A model generated the notes under the pieces. It saw nothing but the letters and a program-made list of their open reading frames with translations, was not told where the DNA came from and did no database searches. Position numbers and translations under genes: made by a program. A stretch of DNA of 64,000 bases. Source: a virus. Taxonomy: Duplodnaviria; Heunggongvirae; Uroviricota; Caudoviricetes. Of this stretch, positions 20,485 to 32,052 are shown piece after piece (within the stretch, counting starts at the first letter, position 1; the number at the start of each line of letters is the position of its first letter). Where the stretch lies: IMG/VR virus record IMGVR_UViG_3300035520_000350, positions 178,979 to 242,978 of that record; one strand, 5' to 3'.

Positions 20485-23214
20485 ATGAAAATAGGAGCGA
20501 TTAGAACGATGAGATTTACATATATCAAAATTAAGGGCTACATCGGTATATATAATGGGTTAGGCTTAAATGAACTTGAAATCGACTTGTCTAAATCTAG
20601 ACATAGAATTACAGTGATATCTGGAATCAATGGTTGTGGTAAGAGTACTTTACTTAAAGCAATGTCTATACTTCCAGATAGTTCTGAAAACTTCATACCT
20701 GGAGTTAAAGCAGAGAAGGTATTACAACTAGTTGATGATAACAATATCTACGATATTGTTCTAACTTCTGCTCCTACTAAAGGAACAGCTAGAGGAATAT
20801 CAAAAGCTACTATCATAAAGAATGGCATTGAATTGAATCCTAATGGAAACATTAGTTCTTATAAAGAGATTATCTTTCAGGAGTTTGACTTAGATTCAAA
20901 CTTCGTTACTTTGTCTAGGTTATCTAGTGACGATAGAGGTTTAGCAGATAAGTCTCCAGCAGAAAGAAAGAAGTTTATGGCTTATATAGTAGAGAGTCTT
21001 GAGACTTATAATGCTATCTATAAGAATCTTAATAAGAAGTCTTCTATCTTTAAGTCTTATGTAAGTAATCTACATACTAAGATTCAGAATATAGGAGATG
21101 AAGACAACTTAAGAAGTACTCTATCAGCATTAGAGACTAGAAAGACACAGATTAGTTCTACCATGGAATCTTTAAAGAATGCTATAGTAGAATCACAAAC
21201 AGTACTGTCTATGAATGATCCTAACGGCACCATGCAAACTCAATATGAAGAAGCAGAGAAGACAGTAAAGGATCTACAGAGTAGAGTAGATAGTAGTTAT
21301 AAAGAGTTCTCTAAATTATGTAGTAGTATAAGTGTAGAGAACACCTTAGAGTCAGTATTATCTTTCGTACAAGATAGAAGTTCTCTTATTGAAACACATG
21401 AGCAGAATATGGAAGACTCTAATAGAAAGAAGGTTAGCTTTATTGATAAGAGAGAATCTCTAGTATCAGAGATTAACTCTAAGCAACTTAAGATAGATAA
21501 CCTTAGTAAAGGAGTAGATCCTACATTACTTCCTGCTATAAAGAATCTTAGAAGTAAGATAGAAGTAGAAGAATCTGTACTGAAAGATATAGGAGTTATA
21601 GATCCAGACAATACTTCTAAGGAAGAGTTACAACTTACCTTTGAATGTATTCAGAGTATCATTAGACTCATAGTAGATAACCTCTACATAGATTTGACAG
21701 ATGGTATGATGAATGATATACTTAGTTTCTCTAAGTCAGACTACATCAAGTTAGAAGTAGAGATAAAGAAGCAAAGTGAGTTAGTAGTTCAGTTACATGA
21801 GCAAGCTAAAGATGTACAAAGAGATTCTGAGATTATATCTCTATTGTCTAATAGACCTAAGGGATGTAAGATAGATAACTGTTACTTCATTGGGGCAGCT
21901 TATAATCTTAAGAATGATAAGTATAAAGGAGTATCTATAGAGAATGCTATAGAACAATCTGCTTTAGAACTATCCGAAGCAGTAACTAAGCAAACTGATA
22001 TGAGTAATACTCTTGAGTATTTATCTATAATAGCTCAAAAGAGAGATGTTCTTGATCATATTAGATCTCTTATTGATATGAATAAAAGTATCTTACAGAA
22101 GTCTCTTATAGGAAAGAATCTAGTAGATACATTCGAAACTAGAATAGCTTCCTTAAATTCTTTCAATGAGTTCAAAGATCTTGATGAGATCATCAGTAAG
22201 ATAAATACTATAAGTATCTATAAGAAAGATGTATCATCACTGAAAGCATTAGAGACATCTTGGATAGCTCAGAGTAACTCTGAATCTATGATACAGGAAT
22301 TGACTATTGAAGTGGAACAGTTACAGACTACATTAGCTCAAGTCAATAAAGATATATCTGCTATCACTAACGAGATCTATAAGTATACACAGATACTTGC
22401 TACATTGAGAACTGATTATCAAGTAGCTTCTAAAGCAAAAGAGAAAGGTGATATCTGGATAGATGAATCTATGAGATTACAAGAGGCTACAAATGCATTT
22501 AATGAGATAGTAAAGAAGAGTCAAGCTTCTATAACTATCTTGGAGAAGATTAGTTCTATGACTGCTCAGTTACAACAGCTCCAGACTCAAGTACAACCAT
22601 TAGAAGATCAGATATCTAGAGTCAATGGCCAACTGTTGTTACTTGAATCATATAAGCAGGAGTATAGTATGTACTCTAGTAAATATGAGATGGTAGATAC
22701 TTTAAAGAAGTATAGTTCTCCTACTGGTGGTATACAGACATTGTTTATGAGTATCTATATGAACAAGACTCTTGAGTTAGCTAATCAGGTATTGTCTATG
22801 GTATTCGGAGATCAGTACAGGATACTTGATTACGTTATAAATGCTAATGAGTTTAGAATACCTTTTGTAGGTGGAGGAATGGTAGTAGATGATATATCTT
22901 CTGGCTCTACTTCTCAGGTATGTATGATGGGTTTAGCAATGAATCTTGTCTTACTGTATCAAGCTTCTACTAGATACAATATCACTAGACTTGATGAGAT
23001 AGATGGCGGACTTGATACTAGAAATAGATTAGAGTTTGTCAATGCTTTATATGAGGTAATTGATATCCTCAATATAGATCAGTTGTTTATCATCTCTCAT
23101 TCATTAGAGCTTGAATTATCTAATGTAGATATGATAAGACTTAAAATGTATGACAGCTATGAATCACCAGAAGGTAATGTTCTGTATGATTTCCAGTCAT
23201 CAACATTAGAATAA
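20485..23214 (+). CDS. sbcC: SbcC/Rad50-like SMC ATPase
   Basis: GINGCGKST, long coiled coil with central CKIDNC, SSGS signature, LDEID, ISH. Confidence 0.9.
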   Translation: MKIGAIRTMRFTYIKIKGYIGIYNGLGLNELEIDLSKSRHRITVISGINGCGKSTLLKAMSILPDSSENFIPGVKAEKVLQLVDDNNIYDIVLTSAPTKGTARGISKATIIKNGIELNPNGNISSYKEIIFQEFDLDSNFVTLSRLSSDDRGLADKSPAERKKFMAYIVESLETYNAIYKNLNKKSSIFKSYVSNLHTKIQNIGDEDNLRSTLSALETRKTQISSTMESLKNAIVESQTVLSMNDPNGTMQTQYEEAEKTVKDLQSRVDSSYKEFSKLCSSISVENTLESVLSFVQDRSSLIETHEQNMEDSNRKKVSFIDKRESLVSEINSKQLKIDNLSKGVDPTLLPAIKNLRSKIEVEESVLKDIGVIDPDNTSKEELQLTFECIQSIIRLIVDNLYIDLTDGMMNDILSFSKSDYIKLEVEIKKQSELVVQLHEQAKDVQRDSEIISLLSNRPKGCKIDNCYFIGAAYNLKNDKYKGVSIENAIEQSALELSEAVTKQTDMSNTLEYLSIIAQKRDVLDHIRSLIDMNKSILQKSLIGKNLVDTFETRIASLNSFNEFKDLDEIISKINTISIYKKDVSSLKALETSWIAQSNSESMIQELTIEVEQLQTTLAQVNKDISAITNEIYKYTQILATLRTDYQVASKAKEKGDIWIDESMRLQEATNAFNEIVKKSQASITILEKISSMTAQLQQLQTQVQPLEDQISRVNGQLLLLESYKQEYSMYSSKYEMVDTLKKYSSPTGGIQTLFMSIYMNKTLELANQVLSMVFGDQYRILDYVINANEFRIPFVGGGMVVDDISSGSTSQVCMMGLAMNLVLLYQASTRYNITRLDEIDGGLDTRNRLEFVNALYEVIDILNIDQLFIISHSLELELSNVDMIRLKMYDSYESPEGNVLYDFQSSTLE

Positions 23215-23239
23215 ACTTATAAAGGAGGTATACTGTATT

Positions 23240-23503
23240 ATGGTTATCAATTCAAAAGTAGAGGATCTTCATTTGAAGATTGCTGACTTAAAACGACAGA
23301 TTAGATTAACAGATTCGCAGGAGCAGGTTCAGTTACTTGAAGAGGAGATCGAGAAACTCCGGGAGCAGATCAGAAGTATCAACCGGAAAGAACCGAACGT
23401 AGTTCAGGTAAAGGATGCTTCTACAGTAGGAGATAAGATGGAAGCTAGGCTTGCCGGGAAGGTTCTTAGCTCTACTTACTCAAGAGGAAGAGTTATTCTG
23501 TAA
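23240..23503 (+). CDS. small coiled-coil protein
   Basis: 87 aa; AAAGGAGG RBS; AACA-N6-TA at 23202. Confidence 0.7.
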   Translation: MVINSKVEDLHLKIADLKRQIRLTDSQEQVQLLEEEIEKLREQIRSINRKEPNVVQVKDASTVGDKMEARLAGKVLSSTYSRGRVIL

Positions 23504-23512
23504 GAGACAGAT

Positions 23513-23543
23513 GCCAGTAGGACATTATTATAGTCCTACTGGC
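23513..23543. terminator. hairpin between convergent genes
   Basis: GCCAGTAGGAC/GTCCTACTGGC. Confidence 0.7.
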
Positions 23544-23554
23544 TATTATCTGTA

Positions 23555-24631
23555 TTAATACTCGTTAGCAATCTGCTGGTTGATTACTACCAATGGATAA
23601 GTCTCGTTAAGATTGATATTCTTAGCGATATTGTTCTTAAGATCAATAGTAGTATCTTCCATAAACATCTGATCTCTTACTGGTAACCCAGGAACTACCT
23701 GACCTGTAGACATATCCATATTCTGGAATGACTTGTTGCCAGTGGCTGCATCAAAGATAACACATAATTTGATATTAGGGTTATCCTCTAATGACATAAG
23801 ACGTTGTTCAGGAGTCATGTTGGTTACATAAGAGAGATATCCTGTATCAGGAGCAAATCCTGACTGAGGTGTATCTGTAGATGCCCTAATGATATTAGGA
23901 ACACCCATCAATGTTGCATCTGCATTAGTAGGACCAAGAGCAGCTCTGTTGTTTGCATTAGCCGGATTCTGAACAAATGCATTGTACATATCCATTATGT
24001 ACTTATCATCATTGACGTTCTCTAATGCAGCCTTACGATCTTTCTCTTTCTTGTAATCCATTTCATTGGATTTAGAGATAGCATTATTGATTTCTTTGAT
24101 AGCAGAGATCTTAGTGTTGATAATATCTCCAAGGTTACCAGAAAGACCTACCATAACGTTGTATTTACTCTTAAGAGTACGGTTAGCTGCTACTGCATCT
24201 AACTCATGTTTCACCTGACCAGCAAGCTGATCAATCTGAACCAATGTACCTCTAAGCATATCAGTAGTTTCCTGATATGTATACATAGTAGGAACATCCT
24301 GGTTCTTATCATCGTTTACACCGGCAGCTCCAATGATAGTGCTCTGCTCACTCTTCTTTGGTCTACCTCTTTTCTTTTTTGTAGACGAATCAAGAACTTC
24401 ACCTGCATTGTCCACTACAATGTCAGTAGATCTAGGAGTTTCGTTATCCTTAACTACTGTAAACTTGAATCCTCCAGATCTAATATTTGCTTCACTAGGT
24501 GGAGTGGAATAAGTTGATCTAACCTGCTGTTGAGCAGATTGCATTTGACTCATAGTCTGAGGATTCATCTGGTTTGGTTGTAATGGTTGCATAGTGAGGT
24601 CACTGTTATAATATGGGCTATTATAGTACAT
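23555..24631 (-). CDS. hypothetical protein, Q-rich N-terminus, AT-hook-like KKRGRPKK
   Basis: 358-aa ORF, AAGGAGG RBS. Confidence 0.75.
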   Translation of the reverse strand: MYYNSPYYNSDLTMQPLQPNQMNPQTMSQMQSAQQQVRSTYSTPPSEANIRSGGFKFTVVKDNETPRSTDIVVDNAGEVLDSSTKKKRGRPKKSEQSTIIGAAGVNDDKNQDVPTMYTYQETTDMLRGTLVQIDQLAGQVKHELDAVAANRTLKSKYNVMVGLSGNLGDIINTKISAIKEINNAISKSNEMDYKKEKDRKAALENVNDDKYIMDMYNAFVQNPANANNRAALGPTNADATLMGVPNIIRASTDTPQSGFAPDTGYLSYVTNMTPEQRLMSLEDNPNIKLCVIFDAATGNKSFQNMDMSTGQVVPGLPVRDQMFMEDTTIDLKNNIAKNINLNETYPLVVINQQIANEY

Positions 24632-24724
24632 AGACTTGTACCTCCTTATTTTTTATACTTATGTGACACGGTTAGAAAAATAACCATACCAAAACTTCCA
24701 ATTAAAAGAGAAAGGAGAGAATGT

Positions 24725-26230
24725 ATGATTATTAATGGATACGAATCTGGATCTGATATAACGATAATGAATACTATGTATACATTTCCACAGAGAGATC
24801 CAGATACTGGCAAACGTATTGATGATTTCTTAGTCATTGTCTATAAAGACAATAAGACAGGTAAGAAGAATCATCAGGTAATATGGAAACCGGATTATAC
24901 TTTCTACTTTACTAAAGAAGGAGTTCCTGTACCAGATCATCCTCTATTCTTTATAGAGAAAGATAAGGTTAGACCTATTACGGTTCCATATAATCAGTTA
25001 GACAGAAAGATAGCTGAGTTAACTGATAATATGGATTTCTATCAGTACAATATAGAGAACCGTAATAGGAGAGAAAATAGGAAACTCCATACTGATCCTA
25101 GATTGTTCTACTCCGATGTGAACATTGAGGATCAATATAGATACTTCTTCTCCAAAGAGTATACTAATAATATCACTAAACTTCATAAAGCATTCTATGA
25201 TATAGAGTGTGATACTAAGTATATGGCTGGTGATTTTGTAGAGTCTGGGGAATGCCCTATCAATATGGTTTCATTACATGATGAAACTCTTGATAGAACT
25301 GTAACCTTTATATTGAGAGACAAGAGAAATCCTTTGATTCAACAGTTTGAGAATAAGGTATTGTCTGGAGAGTTCAATGAGAAGACTATACATGACTTTG
25401 TAGAGAAGAATGTAGGAGGATATAAGCAATCTGTAAGATTAAAGTTAGATAAAACAAGATATAATCTCTTATTCTTTGATAATGAGATTGACTTGATAAC
25501 TGCATTCTTTAGAACAGTTCATAAGTTCAATCCTGATTTCATTGAGGGTTGGAACAGTTCTAACTTCGACTTACAATACTTTATAGATAGAATCTATGCT
25601 TTAGGATATGAACCTGCAGATATTATGTGTGATCAATCTTGGGAAGTTAGAATAGTAAAGAACTTCATTGATCAGAAAAACATCAATGACTTTGCAGAGA
25701 GAAGTGATTATACAGTAATATCTGGTAATCCAGTATGGATAGATCAGATGATTCAGTTCTGTTCTAGAAGAAAGAGCAAGATTGGTTCGTTTACTTCTTT
25801 CAAGCTGAATGATATAGCATATGATACAGCAAAGGTTAGGAAGCTTGATTATTCTCATATAACTACAGACTTATCTCAACTTCCTTATCTTGACTTTGAA
25901 ACATTTACTCTGTACAATATCATGGACGTGGTAGCTCAGAAGTGTATAGAAGTAAAGACTCAGGACTTAGAGTATATCTTTTCTAAGTGTATTGTAAATA
26001 ACACAATATACAGAAAAGGTCATAGACAGACAGTATACCTTATCAATAGAATGGCTAAGGAGTTTGAGAAGCTTGGCTTTATTATTGGTAATAATAACAA
26101 CAAATGGAATGAAGAACCAGAGAAATTTTTAGGTGCATTAGTAGGTGATCCTATGAAGACCAATGATTACTCAAAGATCAAAGTCAATGGTCGACCTATA
26201 ATGGTAGCAGATAATATGATGGACTTCGAT
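24725..26230 (+). CDS. family B DNA polymerase, exonuclease-containing subunit, exon 1
   Basis: ExoI YDIEC, ExoII GWNSSNFD, ExoIII YNIMD, GALV; ends DFD; RBS before ATG 24725. Confidence 0.88.
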
Positions 26231-26607
26231 TAACTTATAGTCGCATTATCTAGGAATAGATAGTGAAACACACTTTGAAATAGAGCTGGGAAAGGCTAAT
26301 GCTCTCTTGCCTTAATAATAGGAGACGAAAGTCAGAAACAAGTAGAGAGATGGACTATGCTGAGATAAAAGCCTTATATAAATATAAGGTGCTAAGGTCT
26401 ATTGACAATGTCTAATCAGCGCTGATGATATTCATCAGCTCAACGACTATCCCTGAAATGGGAGTAGAACTCAAGTGAGTTCAGAGTGAAGTGAACCCCA
26501 ATGTCTTATAATAAGATAATGGGTTATGATATAGTCTCATCGTCTAGGTAATACCTAGAGAAGTTCATAAGAGAACTGCATAGATTAACGAACTATGTGA
26601 AGGAATG
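26231..26607 (+). ncRNA. group I intron in polB (no ORF)
   Basis: Removal restores DFD|YKSLYPS; U/G boundaries; P1 CGAU/GUCG; AACGACTA (~26443) and GATATAGTC (~26528). Confidence 0.9.
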
Positions 26608-27069
26608 TATAAGTCATTGTATCCTTCTGTTATGGGAGAGTTTAATATTGCACCTAATACACAGATTGGTCGTATTGATATAGATCATAAAGTTTATGAG
26701 CATGAAAATGCTTATGGACTTGATAAGTATTCTCGTGGTGGCGAGTTCATAGAGAATATGGTAACTGATAACACAATAGAGTTCTGTAAGAGATGGTTTA
26801 ATCTTGCTGGTATTATGGAATTCATAGAAGATATGAAAGAGTTTGAAACTTCTCAGTATCAATATGGAGCACCATACCATCAGTTTAAGAATATAGAATC
26901 TGGTTTAATAGAGAATCCTATATATGATCTTAATGGATCAGTAGAGAAAGCTATTGTAGTAGGAGATACTGAAGCTAGAGCTATACTATTCTTCGGAACA
27001 TTGGAACAGAATGGGTTGAGTAGTGATTATGAAACAATCAAAAGTGGAAGTTATAGCAATATATCCTAA
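26608..27069 (+). CDS. family B DNA polymerase, exon 2
   Basis: YKSLYPS...NIAPNT (motif A); ends without motifs B and C. Confidence 0.85.
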   Translation, partial: YKSLYPSVMGEFNIAPNTQIGRIDIDHKVYEHENAYGLDKYSRGGEFIENMVTDNTIEFCKRWFNLAGIMEFIEDMKEFETSQYQYGAPYHQFKNIESGLIENPIYDLNGSVEKAIVVGDTEARAILFFGTLEQNGLSSDYETIKSGSYSNIS

Positions 27070-27334
27070 AAGGATGGACGTCAAGGGGTACAGAAAGTGC
27101 TGTGCCCCTAAAGAAACATTTGAAATGGAATTCTCTACTGGGAGCACTGAGTCATTTGATGAACGTAATATATACCATTATAGGGTAACATTTTCTTTCT
27201 TGAGAGATGGTATAAAAGATACTAAGAATCCTTTTGACTTGGTTTACTTGGTGAACTCAGATGGAATAGAGTATCCATTTGATAAAGAATCATTCTATGA
27301 GAATTTCGTTAAGTGTATAAGAAAGGTTTACTAA
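27023..27334 (+). CDS. hypothetical protein
   Basis: ORF in operon; start uncertain. Confidence 0.5.
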   Translation: MIMKQSKVEVIAIYPKRMDVKGYRKCCAPKETFEMEFSTGSTESFDERNIYHYRVTFSFLRDGIKDTKNPFDLVYLVNSDGIEYPFDKESFYENFVKCIRKVY

Positions 27335-27918
27335 TCATGATAGATCTTACTGATATTATAAAGAATAGTGTCAGCTCTGTATGCAGAACAGCAGAGTTCA
27401 TATATGTAGTAATAGCTAATGATACTATTATTGTTGATGCGGCTGACACTACGTTATCTATTATTCCTATAGGATTTGAAACTGGTTTGTATTCTGGGTT
27501 TATGTATCCCGGAGATTATACAGTTAATAATCCTGACATATTTCGTTATGTAATGAGTAAGTGGGAATTATATGATAACTTATCAAGAGTCTCTCCTGTA
27601 GAAGGAGAGATCTCTGATCTTAGAGAGGATACTAAGTATGAGTCTTTACTCTCTAGGAAAGCAGACGACGGTGCGGGTAGATACTTAATACCCGGTAATG
27701 AACTCAATCAGAGTTTCTTATTGTTCGTCTTTACAGGTATGCCTATTCTTAATAAACAGGATAGAATAGGTATAGTGGTAAAACGTATAGATTATGGTAC
27801 TTTACTAATGGAGTATCATATTTATAAAAAGAAGATCAACAAAAACATAGTTCTATACTTTAGAACGTCTGATATGAATAGAAAATTATTAGACGAGCAA
27901 TTTAAGGTAAGGAACTAA
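27313..27918 (+). CDS. hypothetical protein
   Basis: ~200-aa ORF; start may be 27337. Confidence 0.6.
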   Translation: MYKKGLLIMIDLTDIIKNSVSSVCRTAEFIYVVIANDTIIVDAADTTLSIIPIGFETGLYSGFMYPGDYTVNNPDIFRYVMSKWELYDNLSRVSPVEGEISDLREDTKYESLLSRKADDGAGRYLIPGNELNQSFLLFVFTGMPILNKQDRIGIVVKRIDYGTLLMEYHIYKKKINKNIVLYFRTSDMNRKLLDEQFKVRN

Positions 27919-27943
27919 CCAAAAGAAAAAGGAGGATTTTAAA

Positions 27944-28851
27944 ATGAGTTACGCAGACGAAGTATTTGTTAAGAATTGTAAGGACATTCTTAGCTATGGA
28001 ACAGACACAAAAGGACAGGCGGTAAGACCGCATTGGAAAGATGGTGAAAGCGCTTACACTATCAAACGTTTCGGTGTTGTTAACCACTATGAGCCGGGCT
28101 TAGAGTTTCCGGCTTTGACTCTGAGAAAGACTGCTATTAAGTCCGCTATGGATGAGATACTCTGGATCTATCAGAAGAAGTCAAACAACGTACATGATCT
28201 TGCAACCCATATCTGGGATGCATGGCAGATGAGAGTGGTACAATCGGTAAGGCTTATGGTTATCAGGTCGGTAAGAGATATAAGCATCATAAGTACAAAG
28301 AAGGTGAAGGCTTGGAACAGCTTAAGGAATATCCTTCCGCTGTAATGAAAGATGGTTACGTTGAGCTGGATCAGATGGATGCAGTACTCTATGATCTGAA
28401 GCATACTCCGTTCGGCCGGAGAATCATGATCTCTCTTTGGAACTTTGAAGATCTTCATGCAATGGGATTACAGCCGTGCTGCTGGAATATTACGTTTAAC
28501 GTAACGGACGAGCATAAGGACAAGCTGGTGTTGAATATGATCCTTAACCAGCGTAGTCAGGATACATTGGCAGCAAACAACTGGAATGTGGTACAGTACT
28601 CTATCCTTCTGATGATGGTTGCTCAGGCTGTAGATATGATTCCGGGAGAACTCGTTCATATGCTGGCTGACATGCATATCTATGACCGTCATGTGGATAC
28701 CATTAAGGAGCTTATTTCAAGAGAGCAGTATGAAGCTCCTGTTGTAACTCTGAATCCGGAAGTAAAGAACTTCTATGATTTTACAACCAATGATATCACT
28801 GTTGAGGGATACAAGGCAGGAGAACAGGTGCATTTTGAAGTGGCAGAATAA
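27944..28851 (+). pseudogene. thyA: thymidylate synthase split by a 1-nt frameshift at ~28225
   Basis: Frame 1 runs to HIWDAW; frame 2 continues ADESGTIGKAYGYQ...LQPC...QRSQD...HIYDRH; TGGCAGAT lacks one G. Confidence 0.85.
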
Positions 28852-28862
28852 GGAGAGACATC

Positions 28863-29399
28863 ATGATTAGCATTATAGCTTGTATTGACAGTATGAGAGG
28901 TATTGGTAAGAATAACCAGTTACTCTTTCATATACCAGAAGACATGAGACGTTTCAGAACCATAACGATGGGTAAAACCATCGTTATGGGTTACAACACA
29001 GCAGTAAGCTTACCTAACAGAAGTCCTTTAAAAGGAAGACGTAATATGGTTATTAGTCATAACCATACTTTCTTACCGTTAGGATTTGAACTCACAAACA
29101 TAGATGAAGTTATCAGTAAGTATGAGAACTCTGATGAAGAGATATTTGTTATAGGAGGAGCTAGTATCTATAAGCAGTTATTACCTTACACCAAGAAGTT
29201 ATACTTGACAGAAGTACAGGCTAATGATATTACTGCAGATACATACTTCCCTGATATAAATACTCCTGATGAAAAGTGGTTACTTGATACCACTACTCTT
29301 GTTTGTGGCAGTCATAACGGTGTAAAGTATACCATGAAAGTATACAACAGGGATGAGAGTTATGTAGGTCAAAAATCATTAGTTGGAGGAGCAGTATAA
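28863..29399 (+). CDS. folA: dihydrofolate reductase
   Basis: GIGKNNQL..IPEDMRRF, MGYNT, PLKGRRN, IGGASIY, DTYFP. Confidence 0.93.
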   Translation: MISIIACIDSMRGIGKNNQLLFHIPEDMRRFRTITMGKTIVMGYNTAVSLPNRSPLKGRRNMVISHNHTFLPLGFELTNIDEVISKYENSDEEIFVIGGASIYKQLLPYTKKLYLTEVQANDITADTYFPDINTPDEKWLLDTTTLVCGSHNGVKYTMKVYNRDESYVGQKSLVGGAV

Positions 29400-29977
29400 T
29401 GGATGAAACATCAAAAGAAATATCCTTGAATCTCTATATGAGATGTCAGGACTTTACACTTCCGAATCTTGAGAACGTAACTGCTACTAGCTTACCTAAT
29501 CAGGATAACACTCGTCTTAAGACAGATCTTACTCTCAAGTATTATGACGAGAGACATCATGAGACAAGAACCGGAGTGTTTAAAGTAATCAGATGGGATA
29601 CTGGAGATCCTAACCGTGTAATCCTTATGAGTAATAAGTTACACATTATTCTTGTATCTACTCCGGAGCAGGTACTTGATACCAAGCATATTCATCATTA
29701 TCCATTACAGAGATATGATCTTCTCGGAGCATATGTAAAGGATAACTATACAAAAGACAACAAGCAGAATGCTGGTATGATTGTAAGAGCAGATGCAGGT
29801 GGAGATAAGGTACAGGTAGTTTTATCTGAGAACTTCACAAGTGGTGGTAGACTTGTTACTTTAGAGGAAACAAAGTCTGTTATCCAGATTACAGACGTAA
29901 AGGAAAGAACAGAGGCAGAGTTTGTAGATCTCTGGGAAGATGGATTGGAGGGAGTTATTCTTGAAGCGTTCTCTTAA
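29399..29977 (+). CDS. hypothetical protein
   Basis: 192-aa ORF, translationally coupled. Confidence 0.65.
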   Translation: MDETSKEISLNLYMRCQDFTLPNLENVTATSLPNQDNTRLKTDLTLKYYDERHHETRTGVFKVIRWDTGDPNRVILMSNKLHIILVSTPEQVLDTKHIHHYPLQRYDLLGAYVKDNYTKDNKQNAGMIVRADAGGDKVQVVLSENFTSGGRLVTLEETKSVIQITDVKERTEAEFVDLWEDGLEGVILEAFS

Positions 29978-30920
29978 TATCGTATTTGAAGACAATGCTA
30001 CAAAGAAAGAACTCTTTGTGGCAGAAAAGGTGGGCTTTATCGCTCTTAGATATTACCCTACAAAACACCAGAAGAAAGACTTCCTTGGTTGTGTAGCTAT
30101 TATGCTTGTATTCTCTAATAGTAAAGATGATATGGTCTTTGTTCAGGCTCTGTTTGATATAGAGGATAATAATGACCTTCATTATGTAGTGCACAACAAC
30201 TTGAATATCATGAATTTGGAAGAGGGAACAAGAAACGGCTTACTTAAGGTAATGGAGGAAAATGCTAAGGTAGGAGAGAACTCTTATACTTCTGACTTGC
30301 GGTTTTCTAAGCATGTCAACTTACTGTCTACTGTACAGGACCAGTATAAGTTTGATTGTTATTACAGTAAGTTTGATGACAACAGTACTGTTATTCAGAC
30401 TATCGTATGTAGTAAAGCTATGTATCTCCAAATATCAGAGCTTGTATTCTGGCTCTGCTGTAACTATCCAATCAATCCAAATGTCTTGATTGATGATGCT
30501 TTTGAGGATGCTGATATCTATAAGGTTACTTCTCTTAAGTTCAATGGTTCTGCTGAAGTATTATATGCTGGTGGGGTTAAAATCATGGCTAACTTTACTG
30601 CATTCTTTGATAATGGTGAAGATTTAGACTTTGTTAACTTCAATGTACCATGTGAACCGGTTAAAGGTAAAATCGAAAAGCAGGCTATTCTTCCGGAAGA
30701 TTATGTAAAGAGATTTAAAAAAGATATAACTATTGCCCCTAGTATGATCTTCAATGTATCAAATCCAGAAAGAATGTCTTACTTCATCTCTGGAGTAAAT
30801 TATAAGGGTAGATACGTAATACTTGCTCTGGATGAAGAAACAATCAAGACATATCACTGGCTTGACTGGGGTAAGCATATCTATATGAGTATCGATGACA
30901 TAAAGAAAGGAAAACAATGA
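29940..30920 (+). CDS. hypothetical protein
   Basis: 326-aa ORF. Confidence 0.65.
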   Translation: MDWRELFLKRSLNIVFEDNATKKELFVAEKVGFIALRYYPTKHQKKDFLGCVAIMLVFSNSKDDMVFVQALFDIEDNNDLHYVVHNNLNIMNLEEGTRNGLLKVMEENAKVGENSYTSDLRFSKHVNLLSTVQDQYKFDCYYSKFDDNSTVIQTIVCSKAMYLQISELVFWLCCNYPINPNVLIDDAFEDADIYKVTSLKFNGSAEVLYAGGVKIMANFTAFFDNGEDLDFVNFNVPCEPVKGKIEKQAILPEDYVKRFKKDITIAPSMIFNVSNPERMSYFISGVNYKGRYVILALDEETIKTYHWLDWGKHIYMSIDDIKKGKQ

Positions 30921-31852
30921 TGAAAATAATCGGTTTTGATAATGAGGAGAAGCAGGGAACATTAGGCAAGCAACCTATCAATATCACCAATATGTATTTC
31001 TGTTATCTTACTGTGTCCGGTTCAGATGATTGTTCATCATCTCAGTATCTTAATGCTATCTTCATGGCTCATACAGAGTCAGGTGAGATCGTTGAGTTTA
31101 TTCATGCTTATCAGGAGAGTGTACAGAATATTGTAAATGGATTCGGCAACAGTGGTTTCTTAGTTCAGATCCCTAATCGTAATGAAAATTTGTTTAGAGT
31201 ATCTGACTTTGTGTTAGATGATCTGAGCTACGGTATCACGTCAGACTTCTTCATGGAGTATAACCATGATACTCATAGATTTGAGTTTGCTGGATTAAGA
31301 GCAGATACAATGGAGTGGGATCTTTACAGTGTTACTAAGCAGGTTGTAATGGGATTGCGTATCCTCAATAAGTCTATCTTTGACTTCAACATCACTCAGT
31401 TAGCTGTAAGAGAAGCTAATCTGTGGATGAGTAGTTCAAATGAAGTTAGAAATAACTTCAGGAGTGATATGGTTCAGAATATGGAGATCTTAGAGCTTTC
31501 CAGAACAGTAAAGAAGGATAAGACTCACCATATTGGATTGGCTATCATGAAGTTAGAGACCACCGGCTCAGATGGATGTACAAGAAATATCGTAGTATCT
31601 ATGCCGTACTGTAGATCTACTAAACTTCGTAGCCGTAAAAAGACTACCAATATGGAACTCCTTGAAATGAAGTATAAAGATTCTTATGTAGGATCTGCTG
31701 TCATGGGTCTTGATATGACACCGAGTAACACTGACTTGTATATGTTTATTGCTAAGAGAAGTACTGATAGTGATGCTATTAGTGAATCTGTCGTACTTAT
31801 CTATACAGTGGATATGTATAAGGAATTTATAAAGATGGTAGAAGAAGTATAA
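30917..31852 (+). CDS. hypothetical protein
   Basis: 311-aa ORF. Confidence 0.65.
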   Translation: MMKIIGFDNEEKQGTLGKQPINITNMYFCYLTVSGSDDCSSSQYLNAIFMAHTESGEIVEFIHAYQESVQNIVNGFGNSGFLVQIPNRNENLFRVSDFVLDDLSYGITSDFFMEYNHDTHRFEFAGLRADTMEWDLYSVTKQVVMGLRILNKSIFDFNITQLAVREANLWMSSSNEVRNNFRSDMVQNMEILELSRTVKKDKTHHIGLAIMKLETTGSDGCTRNIVVSMPYCRSTKLRSRKKTTNMELLEMKYKDSYVGSAVMGLDMTPSNTDLYMFIAKRSTDSDAISESVVLIYTVDMYKEFIKMVEEV

Positions 31853-31860
31853 GAGATACG

Positions 31861-31897
31861 ATAAAGAACCCTAGGTTAAAAGCCTAGGGTTCTTTAT
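31861..31897 (+). terminator. intrinsic terminator
   Basis: ATAAAGAACCCTAGG/CCTAGGGTTCTTTAT 15-bp stem. Confidence 0.75.
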
Positions 31898-32052
31898 ATC
31901 ACATTTTTATAGAAGGTGTTTGAATCATAAGGCAAGTTATTAATGAAGCAATATCCAACCTTTATCTTTATGTTACTTTGTAGTATTTTATTACAATAGT
32001 AAAATTTACTAATGGAAACATCAATGTAATACGTTTTAAGGAGGTATTAGAG

